Numbered from the stretch's first letter, positions 47,064 to 57,760 are shown. The stretch is 64,000 nt of DNA from Limisphaerales bacterium (GCA_965203425.1 OZ241891.1:2031127-2095126), one strand, 5' to 3'. Translations and numbers: made by a program. The notes: generated from the letters alone by a model not told the origin.

Positions 47064-47753
47064 GTGAATTCGGCGATCATTGTTGCGGCGGGCAAAGGAA
47101 CTCGAATGGGAAAATCCTCAGACAAATTGTTTCTTGAGGCCAAAGGAAAGCCGATCATCGCGCATACGTGGAAATGTTTGGATCAATCGCCCGCCCTTGA
47201 TGAAATCATCATGGTTATCCGCCCAGAGCAAGAAGCGGCGTTTCGCCAAACGGCTCGCTGGATCGGGGCAAAGAAACCCTTTCAATTGGTGCGCGGAGGC
47301 GCAAGACGCCAAGATTCCGTGATGCGAGGATTAGAGACGACGAACAAATCGGCTTGTTTGGTCGCCGTTCACGACGGCGCAAGGCCCTGCGTCTCCGATC
47401 GAATTCTTGCGAACTGCTTCGCAGAGGCCGGACGTTGGGGCGCCGCCATTGCCGCCGCAAAAGTGACGGATACTTTGAAGGAGGCCGACGACAAGCAAAG
47501 AATTTACCGAAATGTGGACCGCGCGCGGCTTTGGGCGGCGCAGACGCCGCAGGTCTTTCGCCGTGAAATTCTTATGCGAGCACTGCGATACGCGCAAGAA
47601 ACCGGAGCGCAGATCACGGACGAAGCGGCGTCTTGCGAATTGATTGGGCAACCGGTCATTCTCGTGGAAAACCACGATCCCAACCCGAAAGTGACCGTCG
47701 AAGCGGATTTGCCGTTTGTCGAGTGGTTGCTCTCTCGAAAATCTCAAGAATGA
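47064..47753 (+). CDS. ispD: 2-C-methyl-D-erythritol 4-phosphate cytidylyltransferase
   Basis: AIIVAAGKGTRMG, VAVHDGARP and TPQVFR. GTG start at 47064. Confidence 0.9.
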   Translation: MNSAIIVAAGKGTRMGKSSDKLFLEAKGKPIIAHTWKCLDQSPALDEIIMVIRPEQEAAFRQTARWIGAKKPFQLVRGGARRQDSVMRGLETTNKSACLVAVHDGARPCVSDRILANCFAEAGRWGAAIAAAKVTDTLKEADDKQRIYRNVDRARLWAAQTPQVFRREILMRALRYAQETGAQITDEAASCELIGQPVILVENHDPNPKVTVEADLPFVEWLLSRKSQE

Positions 47754-49144
47754 ATCTTGCCATGGATCGCAAAACGGATTATTTTCTTCGGCAGTCAACG
47801 CAGTTTTTAAGAACCATGAATGCCGCCAAACGATGCATCCTCTTTTCCTCCATTTCCGCAATTCTGGCCCTGAACCTCCTCTTCGGAGCGCTTACCTACC
47901 AAGACTCGGCCAAAGCGGGAACCGAAGACTATCCTTATGAAAATCTGGAAGTCTTCGCCCACGTGCTAGAACAAGTTCGGGAAAAGTACGTCGACAAGGA
48001 AGGGCTGACGTACAAGTCCCTGATCCAAAGCGCCTTGAAGGGGATGCTGACTTCGCTGGACCCGCACAGCGAGTTTATGAATCCTACAAAATACGAGGAA
48101 CTTCGCAAAGACACCGAAGGCGCTTTCGGCGGAGTGGGGATTGTGATTGAACTCCGGGATGATTTTCTCACCGTCGTCGCGCCGATAGACGGCACGCCGG
48201 CAGCCCGCGCGGGCGTGCTTTCGGGCGACCGCATCGTCAAAATTGAAGGCAGAAACTCCAAACGCGCAACCATCCAAGACGCCGCCCAAAGACTCCGCGG
48301 CAAACCCGGAACCGACGTCGCAGTCACAATCTTCCGCCCCAGCAACGGCACTACCAAAGAAATCCGACTTACCCGAGCCGTCATCAAAATCCGAACCATC
48401 AAGGACATTCACGGCCGTCCGGACTTCGAATTGAGCGAAGATGGTATCGGCTACATTCGAATTATTCAATTCGGCGAGAAAACCAGCGACGATCTTCAAG
48501 AAGCCATCGACCGGCTCACCGAACAAAACATGGAAGCGCTCATCCTCGACCTTCGCGGCAACCCCGGAGGCTTGCTGGATCAAGCCGTGGAAGTTTCTGA
48601 AAAGTTCATCCAACCGGGACAACTGGTCGTTTCCATGCGAGGGCAAAAACCTTCCACGCCCTCTGTGCGTCGCGCGCGGGCAAAGAATCCGCTGCTCGAC
48701 GTTCCCATGGTTGTGTTGGTCAACCGCGGCAGCGCCAGCGCTTCCGAAATCGTGGCCGGTTGCCTCCAAGACTGGAAGCGGGCCATCATCGTCGGCGAAA
48801 AAACCTTCGGCAAAGGATCCGTCCAAAGCATCTTGCAACAACCCGACGGCTCGGCGCTCCGCCTCACCACCGCAGAATACTACACCCCAAACAAAAGAAC
48901 CATTCACAAGCAAGGCATTGTCCCCGACATTCTCGTCCCCATTTCTTCCGAAGACATGGAAGCCCTCTACTACCAACAATACCCGGGAGGAGTCGACAAC
49001 CTCTCCCATCTCTCCGAAGAACAACGAAAAAAAATCCGCTACGCCCGAGACGAACAACTCGACCGCGCGCGGGACATCCTAAACGGAATCCGCCTTTATC
49101 AACAGCGCGTCAAAAACTCGGCCGACAAAATCGCCAAAAAATAA
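47750..49144 (+). CDS. ctpA: S41 carboxy-terminal processing peptidase
   Basis: ATG 47750 overlaps the ispD TGA (ATGA). PDZ region, then LILDLRGNPGGLLDQAVEV, VVLVNRGSASASEIVAG and GEKTFGKGSVQ. Confidence 0.88.
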   Translation: MNLAMDRKTDYFLRQSTQFLRTMNAAKRCILFSSISAILALNLLFGALTYQDSAKAGTEDYPYENLEVFAHVLEQVREKYVDKEGLTYKSLIQSALKGMLTSLDPHSEFMNPTKYEELRKDTEGAFGGVGIVIELRDDFLTVVAPIDGTPAARAGVLSGDRIVKIEGRNSKRATIQDAAQRLRGKPGTDVAVTIFRPSNGTTKEIRLTRAVIKIRTIKDIHGRPDFELSEDGIGYIRIIQFGEKTSDDLQEAIDRLTEQNMEALILDLRGNPGGLLDQAVEVSEKFIQPGQLVVSMRGQKPSTPSVRRARAKNPLLDVPMVVLVNRGSASASEIVAGCLQDWKRAIIVGEKTFGKGSVQSILQQPDGSALRLTTAEYYTPNKRTIHKQGIVPDILVPISSEDMEALYYQQYPGGVDNLSHLSEEQRKKIRYARDEQLDRARDILNGIRLYQQRVKNSADKIAKK

Positions 49145-49191
49145 CCAACCGACAAAGCCCACCTCCACATCAGACTCAACCCAGTCGCAGA

Positions 49192-50235
49192 TTGAACCTG
49201 CTTGCCTTCGAAACCAGTTGCGACGAAACCAGCGTCGCCGTTCTCCGGGACAATCGCATCGTTGCCAACACGGTCGCCTCGCAAATCAAAACCCACGCCG
49301 CCTACGGCGGAATCGTCCCCGAACTAGCCGCCCGACAACACCTCCAAAACATTCGCCCCATCCTCCAAACAGCCCTGGTCCAAGCCAAACTCTCTCCAGC
49401 TGATCTGAACGCCGTCGCCGCCACGCAAGGTCCAGGACTGCCTCCATCTCTAATGATTGGATTCCGCGTCGCCCAAGGCTTTGCCTTCGCCCTCAACCTT
49501 CCCTTCCTCAATCTTCATCATCACGAAGCCCACCTATACTCCCCGTGGATTTCCGGCAACCCGCCGCGCGTCGAATTCGAAAAATTTCGACCCAACATCT
49601 CCTTGATTGTCAGCGGAGGACACACCCTGCTCGTGCGCGTTGATGCGCCATTGCGCCACAAAGTGCTGGGAAACACACTCGATGACGCCGCCGGAGAATG
49701 CTTTGACAAAACCGCCAAACTCATCGGCCTATCCTACCCCGGCGGCCCAGAAATAGATCGACTCGCCGCCGAAGGAAACCCCAACGCCTTCCCATTTCCG
49801 CGCCCGATGCTACAAGAAAACAGCCACCACTTCAGCTTCAGCGGCCTCAAAACCGCCGTGCGCTACTTCCTAAAAAAACACCCGGAAACCCTGCAAAACA
49901 GCCAATCCATTCGCGACCTCTGCGCCAGCATCCAAACAGCTATCGTCGAAGTTTTGGTAGCGAAAACCATTCGCGCCGCCGAAAAATGCCCCCAAAACAC
50001 TATAACCGCTTCCGGCGGCGTAGCCTGCAATTCCAGCCTGCGTTCCGCCCTCCGCAAAGCCTGCGATCAAAAAGGACTCTCCCTCCGCCTCGCAATGCCC
50101 CACTTATGCACCGACAACGCCGGAATGGTAGCCGCGCTAGCCGCATGGCATCTCAAAGCCGGCCTGGCAAAACCCGTCAACGACCAAGACATCCAACCAA
50201 ACCAGCCATTAACTACCTCAAACACAACTTCCTAA
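49192..50235 (+). CDS. tsaD: tRNA N6-adenosine threonylcarbamoyltransferase
   Basis: TTG 49192 gives (M)NLLAFETSCDETSVAV. Further motifs GGIVPELAARQH and GGVACNSSLR. The upstream part of track ORF 48760..50235 is an out-of-context overlap with ctpA. Confidence 0.88.
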   Translation: MNLLAFETSCDETSVAVLRDNRIVANTVASQIKTHAAYGGIVPELAARQHLQNIRPILQTALVQAKLSPADLNAVAATQGPGLPPSLMIGFRVAQGFAFALNLPFLNLHHHEAHLYSPWISGNPPRVEFEKFRPNISLIVSGGHTLLVRVDAPLRHKVLGNTLDDAAGECFDKTAKLIGLSYPGGPEIDRLAAEGNPNAFPFPRPMLQENSHHFSFSGLKTAVRYFLKKHPETLQNSQSIRDLCASIQTAIVEVLVAKTIRAAEKCPQNTITASGGVACNSSLRSALRKACDQKGLSLRLAMPHLCTDNAGMVAALAAWHLKAGLAKPVNDQDIQPNQPLTTSNTTS

Positions 50236-50279
50236 AACTATCATCACAATTTACATCACACAAACCAACTCCACTTCAA

Positions 50280-50317
50280 CAAAAAAGCCAATTCCAAAGA
50301 AAGGAAGGGAATTGGCT
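50280..50317 (-). terminator. rho-independent terminator (minus strand) after the 305-aa gene; may also serve tsaD
   Basis: Perfect 10-bp stem agccaattcc (50286-50295) / ggaattggct (50308-50317) with a 12-nt loop. On the minus strand the hairpin is followed by TTTTTT (complement of 50280-50285). Confidence 0.7.
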
Positions 50318-50350
50318 TTGGCTAGGTTTCAGTTTATTAGTTTTGCGGTG

Positions 50351-51268
50351 TTATTTCATTAGCAAAGGATCGCCGGGCTTGAGATCCTTTTCGTAGTCAT
50401 GCTTGTAGGCAAAGCTACCTTGATATTGCATGAACTCTTCCTCCGGAATTTCAACCAAGATTCGATCTCTGATCTCAAAGGCAGTCTCCATATGCATTAA
50501 TTCTTCCCCCGGCAACAGGCGTTTTCCAGCTAACATATTGCCTGCAATAGCTTCATGAGCTCTATTAGCTTTTTCTTGCCATGTGCTATATCCGCGCTCG
50601 TTGAAAGTGATGCCACTCGCCCTACCCTCCGGATCCTCCTCCGCTTTAATTGATCGTTCATAGTAAGCCTTTATTGCAGTATAGACATTACCAATACGTT
50701 CTGGATTATTCCCGTAGCCATATTCTTCCATGATATTGACCAACATTTCAAAGCCTCTGGTGTAGCGCAAAGGATTCTCGTAAAAACGCCTGATGAAACC
50801 ATGCCGCGCCACGGCAAACATCATCTTTTCTTCGTCTTCATCCCTGACATTCCACTTCTCGCCTTGCGGCGGAACATAAACCAACTCAGGGTGATAAGTT
50901 GGCTCGAAGGGAAAGTTTTCCACCCATTCCTTTCGATCTTCCCAATACTCTCGCTCCGCTTTTTCTTTGGCTGCCTTGGCAGCGGCTTTGGCGGCTAGTT
51001 CTTGCTTATACTCCTCCGCTAGTCGAGCAATCCTCGCTTCTTCTGCGGCAGATTCTTCGTTGGCTTGTCGCCAAGCTTCGGCGGCCGCTTGCAGTTGATC
51101 TTGTTGACTCCTCTGCTCTGCGCTTCGTTCGTTAGGCTCTAGAGAAGTTTCCTCTTCTTCCATTACTTCTACAGCCGGTTCCAATTCGACTGTTGTTCCT
51201 TTCTTCTTTCCCCCGAAGACTAGCAACAGGGCAACAATGGCGCACATCCCGGCGCCTAAGTATATCAT
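50351..51268 (-). CDS. hypothetical membrane-anchored protein (TM + acidic/coiled-coil linker + unknown globular domain)
   Basis: MIYLGAGMCAIVALLLVFGG, then an E-rich and AAKAAAKAAKEKAERE segment, then a ~190-aa domain with no motif I recognise. Confidence 0.65.
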   Translation of the reverse strand: MIYLGAGMCAIVALLLVFGGKKKGTTVELEPAVEVMEEEETSLEPNERSAEQRSQQDQLQAAAEAWRQANEESAAEEARIARLAEEYKQELAAKAAAKAAKEKAEREYWEDRKEWVENFPFEPTYHPELVYVPPQGEKWNVRDEDEEKMMFAVARHGFIRRFYENPLRYTRGFEMLVNIMEEYGYGNNPERIGNVYTAIKAYYERSIKAEEDPEGRASGITFNERGYSTWQEKANRAHEAIAGNMLAGKRLLPGEELMHMETAFEIRDRILVEIPEEEFMQYQGSFAYKHDYEKDLKPGDPLLMK

Positions 51269-51298
51269 CCACTTGTCGTTTATTCTCTAGTTTCCTTT

Positions 51299-51682
51299 CT
51301 ATTCCGTTGTGCTGGGAACATTATTTGCTTGTCCCGGCTGATCAAACTTGATCTCTTCAATCTGATACTCTTCGCTCACTTTTTCCTTGTAGTAAGTTTT
51401 TTCCATGACCACCCGGTTAGTCATACCGGGCCAAGTGTGAAATTCGTACATATCGAGGTCCCATTCTCTATTGGGAAACTGGCTTTCAAAACCAATCATC
51501 CGCAGCTTTTTAAACCGTCCCTTCACGTCGTGTTTTACCGCTCGGCGCTCAGCGGCGCCTTTCGCGTCCATGTCGATGACTCGCTGGTTGTCTCCCAAAG
51601 TAAAACGAATGCCGTGTTGCTTTACCAAGTGGGATTGATTGAAGTCGCAGGTGACTTTTATCGTCAATAACGGAATCTTCAT
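51299..51682 (-). CDS. hypothetical protein (127 aa)
   Basis: Start set at ATG 51682 (MKIPLLTIKVTCDF...). It lies 30 nt upstream of the 305-aa gene on the same strand. No motif recognised. Confidence 0.5.
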   Translation of the reverse strand: MKIPLLTIKVTCDFNQSHLVKQHGIRFTLGDNQRVIDMDAKGAAERRAVKHDVKGRFKKLRMIGFESQFPNREWDLDMYEFHTWPGMTNRVVMEKTYYKEKVSEEYQIEEIKFDQPGQANNVPSTTE

Positions 51683-52099
51683 GAGCAATCTCTGTTGAGT
51701 TTGATCTCTTCTTTCGTTCTTGCAATCGCATTCTTGTCGTTCGACAAGCAAATCATGATCCCAATGGCATCGGGCCGTTGATATCGTTTGGCGGCCGCAA
51801 AACGCGAGAAATCCCCACTTGTTCCTCTATGGCATCTATTGAGAAGATTGAAGCGGTTGTCCATCGATGGCAAGAGGCGGCACAAATCTAAACGATCTGG
51901 GGATCCTGCTTTTTCGCAATTCTTGGGAACTTTTTCTTTTTCTTTTGCGCTGATGATGTTTTCTGATTTTTCACGGTGGCGTTGGATTTTGCGAGCGATT
52001 GTTTGGGAAGGGTCTTTTTAGTGGGCGCAATTGGGAATTGGACGCAAAAAATCTCTTGTTTTTCTTAAATTTCTAAAGTAGTCTGTCTGGTTGTTTGGG

Positions 52100-55000
52100 A
52101 TGATGATTTATACGCAGGCTGGTTGGTTTCGGCAGTTTCGTGGAGTCGCGGGGTTGTTGGGGGGTTGTCTGTTGGGAATGTTTGTCTGGGGAGAGGATGC
52201 ATTGTCTCTGCAGAGCGCGGCAAGTTTGGAGTCAAGATTTGAAGATCGGATTTATCCTTTGCTGTTGCGCGGCGGCGAGGTTGGTTGCGTTGGTTGCCAT
52301 GATGAAGGCACAAGCGCGGACCTCGTTTTTATTGGAGATTCGCGGGATGACTTTCGGATGTTGCTTGCCAACGGTTATTTTGATGTTTCGCGGACGGATG
52401 GATTGTTGGATCGTTTGGAGGCAGAAAATCCAAAGCGCCGGATGCCCAAAGGGAAAGAGGCAAGACCGTGGTCGCCCGAGGAGATTGAATTGTTGCGAGC
52501 CTTTGCGCAGGAAGTTGAGGCGGTTTCCGGCGGTGAATTGAAGGACGAAGGCTTCCCGCCGGAATTATTGGCGCCGTATCGCGGCGAAGGAAAAAGGCAG
52601 GCGGACACGCAGTTTCTGACTTGGACGCAGTTGAAGGGAAAGGTAGAGGCGATATTTGGCGACGACTGGGTGCGGAACGGCGTGGATTTGTTTCGGGCGA
52701 ATGTTGCTCTTTTTGGCGGCGCGGATTTTGAGAATCGCTTTAATGAATCCAGCCGGGCGACTGTGGGCTATTTGACGACTTTGGAGCAAATGGCGCGAGA
52801 TGTGGCCGAGCGCGCTTATGTTTCCCGATCAGGACCCTTTGCCGGCGAGGATTTCTGGGGGTTGCGGGATGCGAATTGGGAAGCGGCGGTTGGTTATTTG
52901 TATGAGCGCGTTCTTTTGCGGGCGCCGACGGATCGGGAAATCGAAGCGGCCGAACAGATTTTTGCTGATTTGAAGGCGAGGGAAAGCGAGATTTCTGGGC
53001 GCGGTTATGATTTGGTTTTTGCTTTGGAAGTGACGGACGAATCCACCGGACTGCGTTCTGTCCAGACTATGAATCTGCCGGTGACTGCCGACGGTTTGCC
53101 GATTAACCAGCAGTTTCTGAATCAGGAAATTCCGGAAAATGCCGAAGAAAAGAATCTCGCTTGGCAGAAGCTGGACGACGTGTTTTTTCTTCGCGCTGAC
53201 GCTTTGGGGCAGAGCTTGATCATTCACACACAGGAGACAGACGCGCCGGTTTCCTTTGCCGGATTGTTGTTGGAGCATGTGGATGGGGACACGGTGGAAT
53301 GGATCGATGTTGGAGATGAGCGCGTTCAGTTCGAGGGCGGTTGGAAGATCTCGGAAAGAGATGGGCGTTGGAGCGCGGAGGAAGAATCCGATGCGGCGGA
53401 AGGCACGCATATTCAAGTGCCGTTGTCGCCGGAATTCGACGGAAACTATCGTTTAAGTTTGTATTGGCGTCCTCGTGATTTTGCGGCGCGGGAAGTGTTG
53501 GTAGAAGTGCGTCACAGCGGTGAAGAAGGCTCGATGGCCAACAAATCCGTGGGACCCATTTTGCAAGGCGGCCTAGTGCGCTACACTTTTGATGGGCGGA
53601 AAGACACAGTTCCGTTTGTGGAATTGGAGCCGGTCTTTCGTTTTGGCAATTCTGGTTATGTGGAAATCAACAATCGCGACACCATAAGGAAGGTCGCCGT
53701 TGGTCCCATGGTTTTTTTGGAGACTTCCAACGGGCAAGAGTTTGAAGTGAATACCAAAGAAGCGGAAGGATTCGGCGACTGGTCTCCGTTCAAGGCGGTT
53801 TCTTTTGGCGCCTACAATCATCGAGGCACTCGTGTGGAAGACAAAAACCAACGAAAAGGCGAGTTGTTTTTGCGCTATTTTCCCAAAATTCGATCTAAAG
53901 ACGGCTGGTTGCCTGATGCGTTTTACCGTTTTCGAATTTATTATCCGGGGAAACGAGATCACGAGCCTCGAACGCCGATGGCCGTCCGCGCGGAGGCCTC
54001 TTCGCCTTTGATTCGGCTGAGCAAGCCGTTGCGCGTTCAGGCCGGCACTCGGGCAAAGTTGGACGCTTCGAAATCCTTCACAATCCAAGGGGGCCGGTTG
54101 CGCTATCAATGGAGGCAATTGTCCGGGGCGCCAATAGAAGAGCGGATGGACGGGGAGCTCTTGTCGTTTGAAGTGCCGCGTCAAGACGCTGAATTCCAAG
54201 GCTGGCTGGCTTTGACACAGGCAATGATGAGGCACCCAGATTTTCTTTTTACCCGGGCGCCGGCGCTGGATTGGGTTGCCGAAGAAACCGATCGGTGGCG
54301 ATTGTTACTGTCTCGCTTGGCATTAGACCTTGCGGGGCGGGCGCCGACTAAAGATGAGTTGCGCCGATTTCTCAGCAACTGGAACTGGGAAGAAGCGGTA
54401 GACTACTATTTGGCTTCTGAGGATTTCCGGAGGTTTTACTATCATCGAATTCGGCTTTATCTAGAAAGCCAAGGCACAGAGAGCCAAGATGAGCCGGTGC
54501 GGTTGTGGTGCTATGTAGCGTTTCACAACCGACCCTTCCAAGAGATTTTGACTGGGAACTACACTGTGGACGGCGCTATGAACCGAAGAGAGAGGCCCGG
54601 TTACCATGGCAATACCGGCGTGTTGACAACCGCCGGATTTATCGAAGGAAAGCCCGGCTTGCCTCACTACAACTACGCCGCGCAAGTGAGCATGTTGTTT
54701 CTGGGCTACCGTTACGAAGTGCCGATGGAGATCGTGGAACAGCGGGAAGGCACGACTCCATTAGGCACTACCGATCCAAACTCGACTTGCTATAGCTGCC
54801 ATAAAATCCTCACCCCCCTCGCTTTTCAAAGAAATTTCTGGGATGATTCGGGAAAGTTTCGGATTCACGATGAGTACGGTTTGCCTATTGAGGCCAGTGA
54901 TCATAATCTAGTGGCGGACTACCCCTTCAAGGGAGAAGGGCTGGAAGCCTTTGCGTTTCAAGCGGTCCGGAAAGAAAGATTCATTCGCACTATAATGGAC

Positions 55001-55198
55001 ACTCACTTCAACTTTCTATTTGGACGGATGATGCGTTACCGAACCGATGAACGGATGCTGTACAAACAGCTATGGGATCGCGTGCATCAGGATAGCTTTA
55101 CCATCAAAGGTTTGCTAAAAGCGCTGGTGATGAATTCCGCTTACTTTGAAGAGGAAAAGTCGTCTGCGCAAATAGAAGAAAAGAACGTTAAAAACTAA
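52100..55198 (+). CDS. large secreted PVC-type protein with two CxxCH motifs (PSCyt/DUF1549-1553 or DUF1585-1595-like)
   Basis: N-terminal signal-like GVAGLLGGCLLGMFVWG. First motif is GCVGCHDEG near the N-terminus. Second is STCYSCHKILTPLAFQRNFWDDSGKFR near the C-terminus. 1032-1035 aa; ATG 52100 or TTG 52091. Confidence 0.75.
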   Translation: MMIYTQAGWFRQFRGVAGLLGGCLLGMFVWGEDALSLQSAASLESRFEDRIYPLLLRGGEVGCVGCHDEGTSADLVFIGDSRDDFRMLLANGYFDVSRTDGLLDRLEAENPKRRMPKGKEARPWSPEEIELLRAFAQEVEAVSGGELKDEGFPPELLAPYRGEGKRQADTQFLTWTQLKGKVEAIFGDDWVRNGVDLFRANVALFGGADFENRFNESSRATVGYLTTLEQMARDVAERAYVSRSGPFAGEDFWGLRDANWEAAVGYLYERVLLRAPTDREIEAAEQIFADLKARESEISGRGYDLVFALEVTDESTGLRSVQTMNLPVTADGLPINQQFLNQEIPENAEEKNLAWQKLDDVFFLRADALGQSLIIHTQETDAPVSFAGLLLEHVDGDTVEWIDVGDERVQFEGGWKISERDGRWSAEEESDAAEGTHIQVPLSPEFDGNYRLSLYWRPRDFAAREVLVEVRHSGEEGSMANKSVGPILQGGLVRYTFDGRKDTVPFVELEPVFRFGNSGYVEINNRDTIRKVAVGPMVFLETSNGQEFEVNTKEAEGFGDWSPFKAVSFGAYNHRGTRVEDKNQRKGELFLRYFPKIRSKDGWLPDAFYRFRIYYPGKRDHEPRTPMAVRAEASSPLIRLSKPLRVQAGTRAKLDASKSFTIQGGRLRYQWRQLSGAPIEERMDGELLSFEVPRQDAEFQGWLALTQAMMRHPDFLFTRAPALDWVAEETDRWRLLLSRLALDLAGRAPTKDELRRFLSNWNWEEAVDYYLASEDFRRFYYHRIRLYLESQGTESQDEPVRLWCYVAFHNRPFQEILTGNYTVDGAMNRRERPGYHGNTGVLTTAGFIEGKPGLPHYNYAAQVSMLFLGYRYEVPMEIVEQREGTTPLGTTDPNSTCYSCHKILTPLAFQRNFWDDSGKFRIHDEYGLPIEASDHNLVADYPFKGEGLEAFAFQAVRKERFIRTIMDTHFNFLFGRMMRYRTDERMLYKQLWDRVHQDSFTIKGLLKALVMNSAYFEEEKSSAQIEEKNVKN

Positions 55199-55215
55199 CT
55201 AATTATATCACTATC

Positions 55216-55998
55216 ATGTTTGGCGCAATCATTGGTGATATTGTCGGCTCTCGATTCGAGTTTAACAACATCAAGAGCAAGGAGTTCGAATTCTTTCATG
55301 AGAAGTGCTCTTTTACTGACGACACGGTATGCACTGCGGCCGTAGCGGATATTTTGCTACACAATCTGGATCCAGCTCCTGCGTTGCAAAAATTTTGTCG
55401 AGACTATCAAGATTTTCCGAGTGGTGGTTATGGAGCAATGTTTTTCCATTGGGTATTCGGGAGTGAGAATCCGGAACCTTACGGGAGTTTTGGCAACGGG
55501 GCGGCGATGCGAGTGTCGCCGGCGGCGTTTTTGAATCGGCATAACAATCTTGAGGACGCGCTTGCCGCCGCAGAGCGGGTAACCACTATCACTCACAATC
55601 ATGAAGAAGGCATTAAGGGATCCAAATCTGCAACGCATGCAATTTGGCTTGCGTTTAACGGCCGTTCGGCACCGGCTATTCGAGAGACGATTGCTCAAGA
55701 ATACGGCTACGACTTGTCCGGAACGGTGGATGAGATTCGGCCGAACTACGAATTTAACGAAACTTGTCAGGGCACGGTTCCCGAGGGCATTATTTGCGCC
55801 CTTGAGTCCGAAAGTTATGAGGATGCGGTGCGCAACGCTATTTCCATTGGGGGAGACTCGGACACACTCGGCGCCATTGCGGGGTCGATTGCCGAAGCTT
55901 TGCACGGCGTTGAAGAGAGCTTTATCCAAACCGCTTGCGACCAATATCTGGACGAGAGGATCGTCGGCATAATGCGAGAAATGTATTTCCGAAAGTAA
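55216..55998 (+). CDS. ADP-ribosylglycohydrolase family protein
   Basis: MFGAIIGDIVGSRFEF, FGNGAAMRVSPAAF and GGDSDTLGAIAGSIAEA (ARH family signatures). Confidence 0.8.
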   Translation: MFGAIIGDIVGSRFEFNNIKSKEFEFFHEKCSFTDDTVCTAAVADILLHNLDPAPALQKFCRDYQDFPSGGYGAMFFHWVFGSENPEPYGSFGNGAAMRVSPAAFLNRHNNLEDALAAAERVTTITHNHEEGIKGSKSATHAIWLAFNGRSAPAIRETIAQEYGYDLSGTVDEIRPNYEFNETCQGTVPEGIICALESESYEDAVRNAISIGGDSDTLGAIAGSIAEALHGVEESFIQTACDQYLDERIVGIMREMYFRK

Positions 55999-56029
55999 AC
56001 GGTTTTTATAGAGGAAACAAAAAGGTGAA

Positions 56030-57760
56030 ATGATGAATGCGATTCAACCATGCCAAGTGGATGAGCGGGTGACGGTAAAATCTGAGGAAAAAAGGCTGGC
56101 CACGTTGCCGCGCCGAAGTTTTCTGCGGCGGGCAGGTCTCAGTTTTGGGGCGCTGACTTGCGCGGACTTTCTTCGTTACTTTGCCGCGTATGGAGCGCCT
56201 CGGGACGACCGCGCGGATCGCTTGGCGAGCGGCGCGTTTCAAGCCAACGAGAATCCTCGCTTTTTAACTTATTGGTATTTAGAGGGAGGTTGGTGCGGCT
56301 ATGACATGTTCAACCCCGTGATGACTGCCAACAACATTCACAAACGGTTGGATCGTATTAGCGACGAGCGCTACCGAGTGCTCCGTTGGGGCGATGAAGA
56401 TTATACGATCTACCAGCAGGGGAACATCCGTTACGGTTACTTAGCCCGCGCCGGCAAAGACCTCTTCGACGATATGGCGGTGATCAGCTCGATGCATACC
56501 GGATCCGGTCATTCCCGCGACCGTCTGAAAGTGCATATGGGACACTACAATCTGCGGCAATCCGAAGAGCGGGAAGAAGACGAGCGTTCAGTGATGCAGG
56601 CTTTTGCCGAAGTGTTCGGCCAGCGATTTGTGTTGCCGAGTTTATCGTGGCATTGGTGGTTGTCGGATGGCGAACTTAACGAAGTGCAATATCGAGGTAA
56701 GCGGGGCTACTATCATGGATTGGGGCCCGTTCACGCCCATACAATCTATGCCGGCACGCCGGCCAAACTGAAGAAGATGATCCAACAGATGCGGCAAGGT
56801 TCTGAAAACGCCATCAACCAGGTAATTGAAGGATTTTTGGACCGCGCTCATTCCGCTTTCTTATCGGATGAAAATTTGGAGTCGGTAAAAAGCTACTATT
56901 CCGCTCGGGAGATTTACAGGCAGCTGAATGAACGAGGTCGTTCCTTAGATCCTCAGGATATTTCGAATTTGTTTGAGGATCCGGAGTTGCGGGAAGCCTT
57001 CAAAGTGCGCCGAGAGGACGAGCTGACAACTTACCGCAGCGTGAATGGGAACAAAGCGCGAAGCAAGTTTTCCCCCAACGTCAACGTGCAGGCGATGATG
57101 AGTTTTGAAATGATGCGGGCGGGGCTTTCCTGCGGGTTTTTCATTGAGTCCAGAGATGTGCGGCGTTTTGACTCCCACCATACCCGCAAAAACCTTTGGA
57201 CGAGGGACGGGCGGACTCCAAGAGGAATGCCCGATCAAACACGGATGATGGCCGAAGACCTTTGGGAGCCGTTGCGCGCCTATGTGGACAAGTTAAAAAC
57301 GACGGAGTATCGCAATACTGGACGCTCTTACTTCGACTTGACAAACATCGTGATCACCTCTGAATTCGGCCGCTCGCTTCACGGCAACGTCGACGGCATT
57401 CTCCAAAAAAACATTTCCGAGCAGGAAAAGACCAAACAGATTAACGGGCAAGACATCTGCGCTCATTGGAAGGTGACTTCGTGCGCGTTTCTTGGAGGCA
57501 ATGTAAAGCCGAACACACAATTTGGCGGAGTCGGGGAAGAGACTTTGATGGCAATTCCCATCCTTCCAGACGGAACTTTGGATCCCAACTACGATCCCGT
57601 CACCGGCAAACTGGGGAAGGAACAGCGAGCGCATCCCGAATCCTTTATCCCGAATCACGGGGATATTTATGCCACGGCCTTGGCGCTCAGCGGCATCAAT
57701 CCCAAAGGACGAGGACGCAATCAACGGCCCGCTTTGTCGTTTGTATTGCGCAAAGGATAG
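56030..57760 (+). CDS. Tat-signal DUF1501-like (sulfatase-fold-like) protein
   Basis: RRSFLRRAGLSFGALTC twin-arginine-type leader. SSMHTGSGHSRDR and VITSEFGRSLHGN resemble DUF1501 motifs from memory. 576 aa is longer than typical. Confidence 0.65.
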   Translation: MMNAIQPCQVDERVTVKSEEKRLATLPRRSFLRRAGLSFGALTCADFLRYFAAYGAPRDDRADRLASGAFQANENPRFLTYWYLEGGWCGYDMFNPVMTANNIHKRLDRISDERYRVLRWGDEDYTIYQQGNIRYGYLARAGKDLFDDMAVISSMHTGSGHSRDRLKVHMGHYNLRQSEEREEDERSVMQAFAEVFGQRFVLPSLSWHWWLSDGELNEVQYRGKRGYYHGLGPVHAHTIYAGTPAKLKKMIQQMRQGSENAINQVIEGFLDRAHSAFLSDENLESVKSYYSAREIYRQLNERGRSLDPQDISNLFEDPELREAFKVRREDELTTYRSVNGNKARSKFSPNVNVQAMMSFEMMRAGLSCGFFIESRDVRRFDSHHTRKNLWTRDGRTPRGMPDQTRMMAEDLWEPLRAYVDKLKTTEYRNTGRSYFDLTNIVITSEFGRSLHGNVDGILQKNISEQEKTKQINGQDICAHWKVTSCAFLGGNVKPNTQFGGVGEETLMAIPILPDGTLDPNYDPVTGKLGKEQRAHPESFIPNHGDIYATALALSGINPKGRGRNQRPALSFVLRKG

